From assembly GCA_031316235.1 (NCBI GenBank), contig JALDRA010000001.1:240001-272000 (forward strand): a stretch of DNA of 32,000 nucleotides. Direction: 5' to 3'. Position 1 is the first letter of the stretch; the number at the start of each line of letters is the position of its first letter. Positions 15,695 to 24,414 of the stretch are shown here, one piece after another. The notes under the pieces were generated by a model, which was given only the letters and a program-made list of their open reading frames with translations, ran no database searches and was not told the DNA's origin. The position numbers were made by a program, and so were the translations under genes. This DNA comes from Candidatus Scalindua sp. (lineage in GTDB: Bacteria > Planctomycetota > Brocadiia > Brocadiales > Scalinduaceae).

Positions 15695-16364
15695 CACAAG
15701 TCTAACCATTTTTGTCCTATTATCGTCCATACTCATCTCCGGCTGTTTAGAATCAAAGCCCCCTCAACAAATAGCCAGGTACTTCTGGGATGCTATAGAG
15801 GCAAAAGACACTGATACCGCTCATAAATATGCCACGGTAGCGTCTCAAGATAGAATTGATTTGCTGGAAGAGCGATTTAAGGTTACAGAAGTTACATTTG
15901 GTAAGATCCTGATTGATGGAGATACGACGACGATTGAGACCACGATCCAGATACTCAAGAGCGGTTCAGATGAAACAATGCCTTTGCAAACTGTTTTAGT
16001 AAAGGAAATGGGGCTGTGGAAAGTGGACTATATGCAAACAAAGAGTACTTTTTCCATTCATTTTTCTTTAGCAGAAATGTTAAACGCTATGCAGCTATTT
16101 GGAAACAGGTTCACGGAGGGCATCGATAAGTCCCTTGATGATTTAAAAGATAAGATGCCGGAAATAGAGAAAAAAATAAATGAATTGAGTGCAACTGCAT
16201 CAGAAAGAATTCGGGAAGCCTGGGAACAATTCCTTCCGGAAATAGAGAAAAAAGTTGAAGAATTTGGAAAGGCCCTTGAAAGGGCTTTAAAAAATGGAAG
16301 TGCAGGACACGATGACGCACCTGTTCAAAAAAATCAGCACTCTGATGATTCCATCACCTTTTGA
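15669..16364 (+). CDS. Lipoprotein, DUF4878-like N-terminal domain plus helical C-terminal region
   Basis: Signal peptide with lipobox LISGC. IARYFWDAIEAKDTDTAHKYA is typical of small NTF2-like lipoproteins. It overlaps the upstream gene by 26 nt. Confidence 0.5.
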   Translation: MRLKISALSTSLTIFVLLSSILISGCLESKPPQQIARYFWDAIEAKDTDTAHKYATVASQDRIDLLEERFKVTEVTFGKILIDGDTTTIETTIQILKSGSDETMPLQTVLVKEMGLWKVDYMQTKSTFSIHFSLAEMLNAMQLFGNRFTEGIDKSLDDLKDKMPEIEKKINELSATASERIREAWEQFLPEIEKKVEEFGKALERALKNGSAGHDDAPVQKNQHSDDSITF

Positions 16365-16438
16365 CATGCTGTTTCTCTTTACCGCTCATCCTGACAGGCA
16401 CTGATTATCAGAGCGTTGTGTAATAAAAACAATCACAA

Positions 16439-17581
16439 TCATGTTGAGGAATCTGCAGCCTGAGAACCGTCAAGGAGTTTCTTTTTGAGATAGGCCTCAT
16501 AAATACGGTAAAATGTCTCCATTGTCGAGATGTCAATCCACTCCTCTCTGGAATGTAATTCACCAACCACAGGCCTCGATACGATAACAGGAATATCATA
16601 TTTCCCAACAAAACGTGCATCACTCCCCCCGTCTTCCCTGCAAAGAGTTGTCGCTTCGCCCGTTAACGACTCAGTCACCTTTAGATATTCTGAGTCAGGT
16701 GAAAGATGGGTTGGTTCGGCACTGATAACAGTGCTGATGTCGATACCCTCTCCAAGCACCTCGCAAACTCGCCTCTTCATATCATTTACCGAATATGGTT
16801 TTGGAAACCGGATATCAAGGGTAGCTTCAGCTTCTGATGGAATACGGTTCAACGTCTGGTTGGAGGTACGTATAATCGTCACGGCACAAGTAGGATGCCA
16901 GTGATCATCTTCCTGTTTAAAAGACAATGCAAAATCCTGCCGAAGACGGGTTACCGAATCTACAATACGTTCCAGAGGATTATCACCCAGCCATGGGCGG
17001 GCGGCATGTGAAGAGTGTCCAGAACACTGGATTTTAAGATGAAGAATTCCTTTCTCCTCCACGATTACCTCATTCAGAGATCCTCCGTCCGGAATCATAG
17101 CCACATCACACCGAAGCCCAATCTCGTCAAAAAGAAACCGAATACCTGATTCTCCCCCTATCTCCTCATCAGACGTAATTACGAGCCCGAGCGAAGGATT
17201 ATCGTATCTCGTGTGAAAATTTCGAAAAATCTCAAGAAGGATTGCGAGCGGCCCTTTCATGTCAGCTGATCCCGGTCCGTAAATCCTGCCATCAGCAATA
17301 TGCGAACGATAATCCCGGGTGTCCGGATGAGTAATAACATCAAGATGCGCACAAAAAAGCACTCTGGGTTTTAAGACATTTCTGGGAAGGAGAACCATGG
17401 AGGGTGATTCTTTATGACAATATTTTTTTATTGTGATACCCCCCAGCGTTTCCACATGATTGCTCACAAATTCGAAACACCTTGAGATGTCATCTGGACG
17501 TGAGGCGTCACTTGGAATCAACATCAAGTCTCTTGTTAAGGCGACTAACCTCCTCTGCAATTCTGTTGATAATTTTTCCAT
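16439..17581 (-). CDS. M20-family metallohydrolase (ArgE/DapE/ACY1-like deacylase)
   Basis: Motifs AHLDVI, GPGSADMKG, SDEEIGG and VEEKG, with the dimerisation-domain layout. 380 aa. Confidence 0.85.
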   Translation of the reverse strand: MEKLSTELQRRLVALTRDLMLIPSDASRPDDISRCFEFVSNHVETLGGITIKKYCHKESPSMVLLPRNVLKPRVLFCAHLDVITHPDTRDYRSHIADGRIYGPGSADMKGPLAILLEIFRNFHTRYDNPSLGLVITSDEEIGGESGIRFLFDEIGLRCDVAMIPDGGSLNEVIVEEKGILHLKIQCSGHSSHAARPWLGDNPLERIVDSVTRLRQDFALSFKQEDDHWHPTCAVTIIRTSNQTLNRIPSEAEATLDIRFPKPYSVNDMKRRVCEVLGEGIDISTVISAEPTHLSPDSEYLKVTESLTGEATTLCREDGGSDARFVGKYDIPVIVSRPVVGELHSREEWIDISTMETFYRIYEAYLKKKLLDGSQAADSST

Positions 17582-17837
17582 TGTTATTTCCTTCTGTTAT
17601 ATTACAGCATCAGTAATGCCTGACACGAACAAGCCGGAAAAGGATTGCAAATCCACGAATTACGTTTTTTTGATCCTTTTAATGAAACACAGTATAAATG
17701 AACCCCTTCGCTTCTATAACCCGGGTCTTGAAGAGTCTCCTGCCCGCCAGAAGATCTTTGTCGCCCGCCCCTTCCGGTTCCTGCACTCACGGATGAATCC
17801 GTTCGGCCAGGCCCGACCCGGCCGTTCTTTTAAGCGC

Positions 17838-19202
17838 CTAGTCCCTGTCATAAAACCACCTGACAGGTAAAATCGATTCTATCTCTTTAAACAGCCTTAA
17901 ACAATCTTCCAGATCAGACCCCAGGCAGAGAAACTGACCCTTTTGTATACCACTCTTTTCATCAAGATTGAAATTTACCGGTATAATGCCTCTTTTGAAC
18001 CCACGGTGAAAAAGTTTGCCGGCCTCTTCCAGTCTTTCCAGAATACTCGTATCCCTAAGCGGCAATATGAACCTTAGATTTCGCATTACCCATGCACCAT
18101 GCGGCATAAAATGACGCGACAGAACTGAGGGGTAGGTAGCACCCGTTACCCGTGCATTGATTTCACATGCTCTTACTTCAAAGGCACCCAGGCGATCAAC
18201 TACAAGAAAATCGATACTTGCTGTCCCCCTGTATCCCTGGTCATGTAACCATGCCGCCGCAGACGTTGACTGTCTCAACAGTTCTTCGTAAATATAATCT
18301 CCTGGAGAAAAATAGGGTGGAGGTGAAAGGTTGCCTTCATGAATACTATCACCACTCAGAATCTGTTCCGTTATGTCATACAGAGTAACCGTTTCTTCAT
18401 CGAGAAACATCTGAACACTGGGAGAACCCAAATGACGTACATTTTCAGCAGTTCCGTCAAGCCACCCCTGCACCATGCAGGGACCTTCAAAAAAAATATG
18501 CTCCGGAATATCTTTTGTACGAAAAGAAGCGGTTGGAAGCTTGATCATACCGATACCTGAAGCACCGATCTGCGCCTTCACAACTACCTCCTTATAACCT
18601 TTATTACGAAGCAGAGTAACACACGAGGAAACATCACCGGGAGCAGATGCTGAAAATGTATCAAAGACGGGGTATCCTTTTTCAGACAAATAGCGATGGA
18701 GCAGGAATTTATTATTTCCCTTCCTGCTTCCTTCAAGACTGCTTATCGTCAGTTTATTCAGGGCTTTTGCAACCTGTATCAATACCGAATCGCTCACAAA
18801 ACCATCAATCCATTCTGCATCATGTCGGCAAATTGATGCCAGTGAAGAGTTGATCTCTTCCACGTCCATTTTGTCTACATTTGGCAGAATCGTAATGTAA
18901 TCAGAGTGAGGTACAATCACTATATCAGGAAGACTCAAACCAAGCACCTCCTGAAAATAGTTCATCAAGGTCTCATCAGGAGGTTTTTCCAGGACAAGCA
19001 AATTATTCTGACCCCGGAATAAAATATCAATAATCGGGATAAGCCTGCCTCCATACGTTTCCAACCCCTCAATCTCATTTTTGAGATTCTCAATTTCTCC
19101 GCAGTTTTCAAAAAAGATAGAGAGGACGTTGGCAAAGAAAATAATACTCCGGTCCCAGAAATCCGGCAATTGACCGGTTCTTTTTTTTACTACTACCGAC
19201 AT
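17838..19202 (-). CDS. ATP-grasp ligase with pre-ATP-grasp N-terminal domain (PGM1-like peptide-ligase family candidate)
   Basis: 454 aa. Motifs KEVVVKAQIGASGIGM, SIDFLVV and ACEINARVTGATYP (ExN motif). The subfamily call is from memory of the ECNLR..GTTHP pattern and is tentative. Confidence 0.6.
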   Translation of the reverse strand: MSVVVKKRTGQLPDFWDRSIIFFANVLSIFFENCGEIENLKNEIEGLETYGGRLIPIIDILFRGQNNLLVLEKPPDETLMNYFQEVLGLSLPDIVIVPHSDYITILPNVDKMDVEEINSSLASICRHDAEWIDGFVSDSVLIQVAKALNKLTISSLEGSRKGNNKFLLHRYLSEKGYPVFDTFSASAPGDVSSCVTLLRNKGYKEVVVKAQIGASGIGMIKLPTASFRTKDIPEHIFFEGPCMVQGWLDGTAENVRHLGSPSVQMFLDEETVTLYDITEQILSGDSIHEGNLSPPPYFSPGDYIYEELLRQSTSAAAWLHDQGYRGTASIDFLVVDRLGAFEVRACEINARVTGATYPSVLSRHFMPHGAWVMRNLRFILPLRDTSILERLEEAGKLFHRGFKRGIIPVNFNLDEKSGIQKGQFLCLGSDLEDCLRLFKEIESILPVRWFYDRD

Positions 19203-19277
19203 GATTTATTCCCCGGTTCGGTTAAAAAGATGTGCCCAAAGCCAAAAATTGGACACAAAAAAGATTTAATTCACCAT

Positions 19278-19409
19278 TATACTCAACTTATAATGGTTTT
19301 CGGATAAATCCGAGAAAAAACTGAGCGAGTACAAGTCCTCGGCGTCCGGGAATGACTGCAACCAGGCTTTGATTTTAGAAAAATTTAAAACCAAATCGGT
19401 TTTAGCATA
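19278..19409. repeat. Modular intergenic repeat, copy 3; begins 75 nt upstream of the ATP-grasp start codon
   Basis: tatactcaacttataatggttttcggataaatccgagaaaaaactgagcgagtacaagtcctcggcgtccggg...aaaccaaatcggttttagcata. Confidence 0.8.
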
Positions 19410-19432
19410 AATAGCGGCTGAACGAAAAACTA

Positions 19433-20467
19433 CTACATGCCAAGGTATTTTGCATATAAACTCTTTGCGGTATTCTTATCCTCTGTTCCTGTGATTATGG
19501 CCCTTCCATCAGGAAAGAGGGTAAAGCCAAAGTCGTTGACCTTAAACCTCAACATAAAATCATTGCAGCTGACGTCTCTGGCCAATCGCAATCTTTGTGC
19601 TAATTGTTGTATATTTGTCTTTCCAGCATTTCGATATGTCACCTGTATGGCATTTTTGCCACAGAGAAGTGTTGTCAGGACTCCCTCCTCTGCGTTCAAG
19701 AACTCATAATTGTTTAATCTGCAGGTCGGACAGTCGTTTAATTTTCTCAAGTCCTGAACATCCAGCTGCTTAAATTTTGTATTCCAGACATCTATATCAA
19801 ACAGTCTTTTGCTGGTAGATTCAAAATCCCTGATGAGGATCTTAAACGCCTCAGTTACTTGAATGGATGCTATAATGCTTGCAATAGGTCCGATAATTCC
19901 TGCCGTATTACAGGTAGGAAAGGTTCCTGCCTGAGGCAAAATGTCAAAAACACACCGCAAACAGGGAGACTCTGAAGGTATAATATTCATCGTCAATCCC
20001 TTGCTCCCTATACACGCCCCGTATATCCACGGAATATTATTCTTTACACAAACGTCATTTATGAGAAACCGGGTCTCGAAATTATCTGTACCATCCAGGA
20101 TGATGTCAGCACCTTTGACCAGGTCTTCAATGTTTGTGTGATTCACATCAACAACAATCCCCTCTATGGTAATGTCGGAATTTACCCGCTTCAATTTGTT
20201 CCGGGCGACAACTGCTTTGGGAAGATTACTGTTAATATCATCTTCATCAAAAAGTATCTGCCTCTGAAGGTTGCTCTCTTCTATGAAATCCCTGTCAAGT
20301 ATCCTGATATGACCGATACCTGCACGAACAAGATAGGATGCTGAAACGCTGCCAAGGGCACCGCATCCGACCACAACGGCATAACTCTGCATTAATCTCT
20401 TTTGATGATCTGTCCCTATAGGCTGAAACAGTGTTTGTTGAGAATATCTTGAAAGTAGTTCGAGCAT
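19433..20467 (-). CDS. ThiF/MoeB-type E1-like adenylyltransferase (long Bacillus-type form with C-terminal extension)
   Basis: Motifs RYSQQ, VVVGCGALGS, DRDFIEESNLQRQ, and two CxxC pairs (CLRC, CPTC). The C-terminal ...FPDGRAIITGTEDKNTAKSLYAKYLG resembles the long MoeB/ThiF-like proteins. Confidence 0.85.
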   Translation of the reverse strand: MLELLSRYSQQTLFQPIGTDHQKRLMQSYAVVVGCGALGSVSASYLVRAGIGHIRILDRDFIEESNLQRQILFDEDDINSNLPKAVVARNKLKRVNSDITIEGIVVDVNHTNIEDLVKGADIILDGTDNFETRFLINDVCVKNNIPWIYGACIGSKGLTMNIIPSESPCLRCVFDILPQAGTFPTCNTAGIIGPIASIIASIQVTEAFKILIRDFESTSKRLFDIDVWNTKFKQLDVQDLRKLNDCPTCRLNNYEFLNAEEGVLTTLLCGKNAIQVTYRNAGKTNIQQLAQRLRLARDVSCNDFMLRFKVNDFGFTLFPDGRAIITGTEDKNTAKSLYAKYLGM

Positions 20468-20611
20468 TCTTCGAATGGATTAAAAAAAGTAACTGCAATA
20501 AGGGATGTTTTCAGTTCCACCGTAACCACGGAAGCGGGAAGAATTCAGGATAATTCATCGTCCGTCCGGCATAACAGCTGTACTATTTTGTGCTTGAACA
20601 GAAACCCTGTG

Positions 20612-20750
20612 TTTGAATGACAACTGCCCACGTACAGGGCACGGAGTAATTGCGGAACCGGAGCGTACTCAAGTACGTGAGGATTACGGAATTATTACTG
20701 CAACGCAGAAGAGGGGAGTCTTCATTCAAACACTATTTTTGAATGACAAC
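20612..20750. repeat. 113-bp segment bracketed by a 13-bp direct repeat (tttgaatgacaac) at the 3' end of the L,D-transpeptidase gene
   Basis: Direct repeats at 20612-20624 and 20738-20750. The 11-bp inverted pair is tgtttgaatga (20610-20620) / tcattcaaaca (20722-20732). The bracketed DNA contains 'word'-like sequence and small hairpins. Confidence 0.7.
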
Positions 20751-21689
20751 CTTTGTCTTAGGCTCCACAAAGTCAAAAAGCTCCTCAACATCCTCATTCC
20801 TTAAACGAATGCATCCGTTAGACATTGCCTTGCCAATTGAGTCAGGTTCTGCGGTTCCATGAATTCCGTAACCATAAAGCCCCTCTTTTTCTACAAATCC
20901 AATCCAACGTGTCCCCAGAAGATTTTTCGGATGACCAAATGGAAATACTCCTTCAGGAGAATACCACACAGGATTCATTAATTTGTCTTTAACGTAGAAA
21001 ACCTCTTCAGGTGTTTTATCATACTTCCCTATACCGACAGGGAATTGTTTAATAAAGTGACCATTCAGTAACACCGTTAATGTAAAATCACTTTTGTCTA
21101 CCAGAAGTGAAATCTCACCTTTTAAAAGCTTTAATCTTTCTCCAACTCTAATCAACGTACGTCCTTTATGATTAATACGCATAATCAGCTTATGCGGAGT
21201 ATTAAATTCAGCGGCTATCTTAACCAGACTGTCACCTGGCTTAACCGTATACAGGAAAGAATCAGGATCCGGAACCTGAGAAAACACCAGCTCTTCATTT
21301 AAAATATCAAGCTGTTTCTTTATTTCTTCTCGTTTAGTATAAAAGGCATCAGTGAAATACAAGTCAGACAGCATATTTCTTGCTTCGTATTTTTTCCCTT
21401 GTTTAATATACCCTAACGCCAGATCAAGCGTACTTGGGCTCATCTCCTCATGAACCTTGATCTCCTTCTTTACAACCTTTCTCACGGCTTCACTCTTAAC
21501 ATCTTCATCCGGTATTTCCAGTATATCTTCTTCATAAATGAACCCCTTTTCTTCCGGGTCACCAGACGCATCAACTGTGATATTGGAAAAATTGTGACTG
21601 ACAAAACACAAAAGATTCACCAAGAAAAATGTCACTAGAAACGATTTCACAGAAACAATAGTTTTAACGGGTACATGTGAAATATCCAT
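20733..21689 (-). CDS. L,D-transpeptidase (LysM + YkuD domains)
   Basis: LysM: YTVKPGDSLVKIAAEF...INHKGRTLIRVGERLKL. YkuD: YGIHGT...SNGCIRLRNEDVEELF, with the catalytic His/Cys motif. N-terminal signal anchor. SD AAGGA lies upstream of the ATG. Confidence 0.9.
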   Translation of the reverse strand: MDISHVPVKTIVSVKSFLVTFFLVNLLCFVSHNFSNITVDASGDPEEKGFIYEEDILEIPDEDVKSEAVRKVVKKEIKVHEEMSPSTLDLALGYIKQGKKYEARNMLSDLYFTDAFYTKREEIKKQLDILNEELVFSQVPDPDSFLYTVKPGDSLVKIAAEFNTPHKLIMRINHKGRTLIRVGERLKLLKGEISLLVDKSDFTLTVLLNGHFIKQFPVGIGKYDKTPEEVFYVKDKLMNPVWYSPEGVFPFGHPKNLLGTRWIGFVEKEGLYGYGIHGTAEPDSIGKAMSNGCIRLRNEDVEELFDFVEPKTKVVIQK

Positions 21690-21720
21690 TTATTTCCTTT
21701 TTTCAAATTTTCAGTACGGT

Positions 21721-21804
21721 TATACTCATCTTACAATGGTTTTCGGATAAAATCCGAGATAAAATTGAGCGAGTATACCTTCACCAAGATTTGGTTTTAG
21801 TATA
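21721..21804. repeat. Modular intergenic repeat, copy 4 (minimal form); begins 31 nt upstream of the L,D-transpeptidase start codon
   Basis: tatactcatcttacaatggttttcggataaaatccgagataaaattgagcgagtataccttcaccaagatttggttttagtata. It has an internal TATACTC...GAGTATA inverted pair around the perfect hairpin TCGGAT-aaa-ATCCGA. Confidence 0.85.
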
Positions 21805-21975
21805 TTAACCTCAAATAAAAAAATTCTCGCTCTTTACAAATAAACTGCTAAACTCCATTACACAAAAATGAGAACATTGAGCTGAATTTCCACAAAACGC
21901 ATTTATTTGTAAAAACTCGAAAATAACACAGCAATATTTTTATGTCAAGTTAAAATGTACCCTGAAATAAAAATA

Positions 21976-22004
21976 TTGACAATATATGGTATCTATGATA
22001 TTAA
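21976..22004 (+). promoter_or_regulatory. Sigma-70-type promoter candidate for rplM-rpsI
   Basis: TTGACA (21976-21981), 17-nt spacer, TATTAA (21999-22004), about 130 nt upstream of the rplM ATG. Confidence 0.5.
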
Positions 22005-22134
22005 TAGACGCTTTATTCGTATGGAAATTACAGACTCCAATTCTGCCCCATCCTATGAGGGCACTATATGCATCCCGTACCAGCTGTTATTTTATAGATC
22101 ATTAACCAAATTTAGGAAAGCGTATTAGAATATC

Positions 22135-22566
22135 ATGCTTAAGACTTATATAGCTAAAACAGAAAAAGTAGAGAGAGATTGGTATCTGATTGATGCCAAA
22201 GATAAGGTTTTGGGAAGAATGGCCTGTAAAATCGCTATGATTCTACAGGGCAAAACGAAACCCGTATATACGCCACATGTTGATACGGGTGATTTTGTTA
22301 TTGTGATTAATGCCGAAAAGATAAAGCTGACAGGCAACAAAATGGAGAATAAGGCTTACTATTCTCATTCAGGTTATGCAGGTGGTTTCAAGAAACATCC
22401 TGTAAAAACCTGGTTGATCAAACATCCTGATATGGTTACAAAATTAGCAGTCAGAGGAATGCTGCCAAAGACAAAGCTTGGCAATGTTATGTTAAAAAAA
22501 TTAAAGGTTTACGCTGGAGCAGAGCATCCTCACGAAGCTCAGCAGCCAAAAATTCTGGAATTTTAA
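22135..22566 (+). CDS. rplM: 50S ribosomal protein L13
   Basis: [46 protein letters not shown]...K.Y..HSGY.GG is an unmistakable L13 pattern. The conserved rplM-rpsI pair is present. Confidence 0.97.
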   Translation: MLKTYIAKTEKVERDWYLIDAKDKVLGRMACKIAMILQGKTKPVYTPHVDTGDFVIVINAEKIKLTGNKMENKAYYSHSGYAGGFKKHPVKTWLIKHPDMVTKLAVRGMLPKTKLGNVMLKKLKVYAGAEHPHEAQQPKILEF

Positions 22567-22585
22567 TTAAAAGGTAAAGAGTATA

Positions 22586-22984
22586 ATGATTGATAAAGCA
22601 GGTTTTTATTGGGGTACAGGGAGACGTAAGACATCAGTAGCAAGAGTTCGTATCAGGGAAGGCACAGGAGCTATCCTTATAAACAAAAAAGGTATAGGCG
22701 ATTTCTTTCCCAGGGAGAGAGACAGGTTTGTTGTTTGTTTGCCTTTAAAGACGACGAAATGCCTTGAAAAGTATGACGTATTTGTAAATGTAAGGGGTGG
22801 CGGTATTACCGGACAGGCCGGTGCGGCATCTCTGGGTATTGCAAGAGCCCTGCTCAAATCTGATCAGACACTGGCAGAAAGCCTGAGGGGCGAGAGCCTT
22901 CTCACCCGTGACAGCAGAATGGTTGAGCGGAAAAAATATGGCCAAAAAGGTGCAAGAAAAAGCTTCCAGTGGACGAAAAGATAA
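22586..22984 (+). CDS. rpsI: 30S ribosomal protein S9
   Basis: GTGRRKTSVARVRI..G.G...IN, GGG.TGQAGA...GIARAL, and C-terminal LTRDSRMVERKKYG..GARK.FQ..KR. Confidence 0.97.
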   Translation: MIDKAGFYWGTGRRKTSVARVRIREGTGAILINKKGIGDFFPRERDRFVVCLPLKTTKCLEKYDVFVNVRGGGITGQAGAASLGIARALLKSDQTLAESLRGESLLTRDSRMVERKKYGQKGARKSFQWTKR

Positions 22985-23737
22985 TTTGTTCCCTGCTTTT
23001 GATCAGGTCCTTTTTTTCACAGAAAGAGTCTCGCCAGTGCGTCAGATCTGCGTATAGTTCTGAACACCTGAATTACAGCCGCTGAAGAAGGTTTTCTGGA
23101 ATTTCAGACAGAGAGTCTGCGTGAAATGATGATTTTCCGATTAAACCAAAACCAGAAATTGAGTAAAACTCGGCGAAGGATTTTCCCCGGATAAAAAGAC
23201 CGAGGATTTTTCGATTGAGAAAGAATCAGAGTCCGTGCGCAAGCTGGTTCCGAAAACCGAAAGAAAAGCAGTTTGAAACAGATATATCTTAAATGGCTGC
23301 CCGCATATTCAATTCCTTTTACTATGAGGAAGCCTTGATCTTAAAAAATGCAGGCTCAGCAAATCTCAAGAAGACGCTCCTCCATTTAAAAGCCTCTTGA
23401 AAGAAACACTTCTGTTCGTCATCCACGGCAGAGGGAGTCCGATACAGATCTGCATCGGACTGTAATGACCTCTCCGCTATCCACCATTCTGGTCTCTAAC
23501 CAGTTAAGTAATTAGAGAAAAACAGAAAAACGATTGAGCACCACCTGCATACCTGCGGGTAAGGAAGCAAACAAAGTGCATCATGGACCTGCCATGTGAG
23601 ATATCCTGCATGACAGCTCATTGCTTAAGGGCAGTTTTGTGGTCACCAGCCTCAAACGGGCTCTTCCGTTTCGTTCAGATGAGAGCAATATGTTTCACCG
23701 AAGTCAAGGCCCTCCCGAGTTAAATCTCAAACCAATA

Positions 23738-24244
23738 TTAATCCTTATCTCGATCCTTATAGAACCTCTCCATTGCAACACCATGGTCTGTTTCCTTATT
23801 AAAGACATCCAGCTCCTTGCGATATATAAGATGACAGGAGCGACAGGAACGTTTGACCACATCCAATTTTGCCCTGGCTGCTGTGAGTTCCTTCTCTCCG
23901 CAGACAAGAAGAAGCTTTGACATAGCATTATTAAATTCCTCTTTAAACTCAGAAAATCCCTCTGGAATTTCTGAACTTCCGAGATCTAACTGGTTGAAAG
24001 AGCTGCTTATTTTATTACATAAGCTTTTTGCATCCTCCCACTCTTCCCGCTTTATTTTGCCTGATAATGAGCGGGTATCCTTCCTCATTCCCTCCATCAC
24101 TTCTTTGAACCCCAGCTTGACAAACCATTCATCAGCATCAGTATCTTGTTCAACTTTTCCCTGACTACAAGAGATTAAAAAGATTATGCCAATAAACGAA
24201 AACCGTAAAAACTTTCTTAAAAAGCCATTATAATGTATTACCAT
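23738..24244 (-). CDS. Class II (cytochrome c'-like, four-helix-bundle) c-type cytochrome lipoprotein
   Basis: 168 aa. Signal peptide with lipobox LISC. Single heme motif CRSCH followed by LIYR near the C-terminus (the C-x-x-C-H-x-x-Y-R pattern of class II cytochromes c). Composition is predicted helical. Confidence 0.6.
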   Translation of the reverse strand: MVIHYNGFLRKFLRFSFIGIIFLISCSQGKVEQDTDADEWFVKLGFKEVMEGMRKDTRSLSGKIKREEWEDAKSLCNKISSSFNQLDLGSSEIPEGFSEFKEEFNNAMSKLLLVCGEKELTAARAKLDVVKRSCRSCHLIYRKELDVFNKETDHGVAMERFYKDRDKD

Positions 24245-24309
24245 AGTAAAGACGAAGTCCCTTCTCCCTTAAAAGCCAAACGATTTATATTTATAGAAAA
24301 CACCTATGC

Positions 24310-24343
24310 AAAAGGGATGAGAATTGGCTATTATCCTCACCCC
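24310..24343 (-). terminator. Intrinsic terminator candidate downstream of fhs
   Basis: The minus-strand RNA is GGGGUGAGGAUAAUAGCCAAUUCUCAUCCC followed by UUUU. The stem is GGG.UGAG/CUCA.CCC with one mismatch. Confidence 0.45.
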
Positions 24344-24414
24344 TTCCAGACTAACCTAATCGTTTAACTATAAATCAAACGTAAAAATATGCAATCAAAT
24401 TTTTGTGAAAAAAC

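Noticed and set aside
23540-23600. SRP (4.5S) RNA because of cctgcgggtaaggaagcaaac resembling GGAAGGAAGCAGC
   Set aside because: The GNRA-loop closing stem and the symmetric-loop partner strand are absent. The flanks do not fold into the long SRP helix on either strand.
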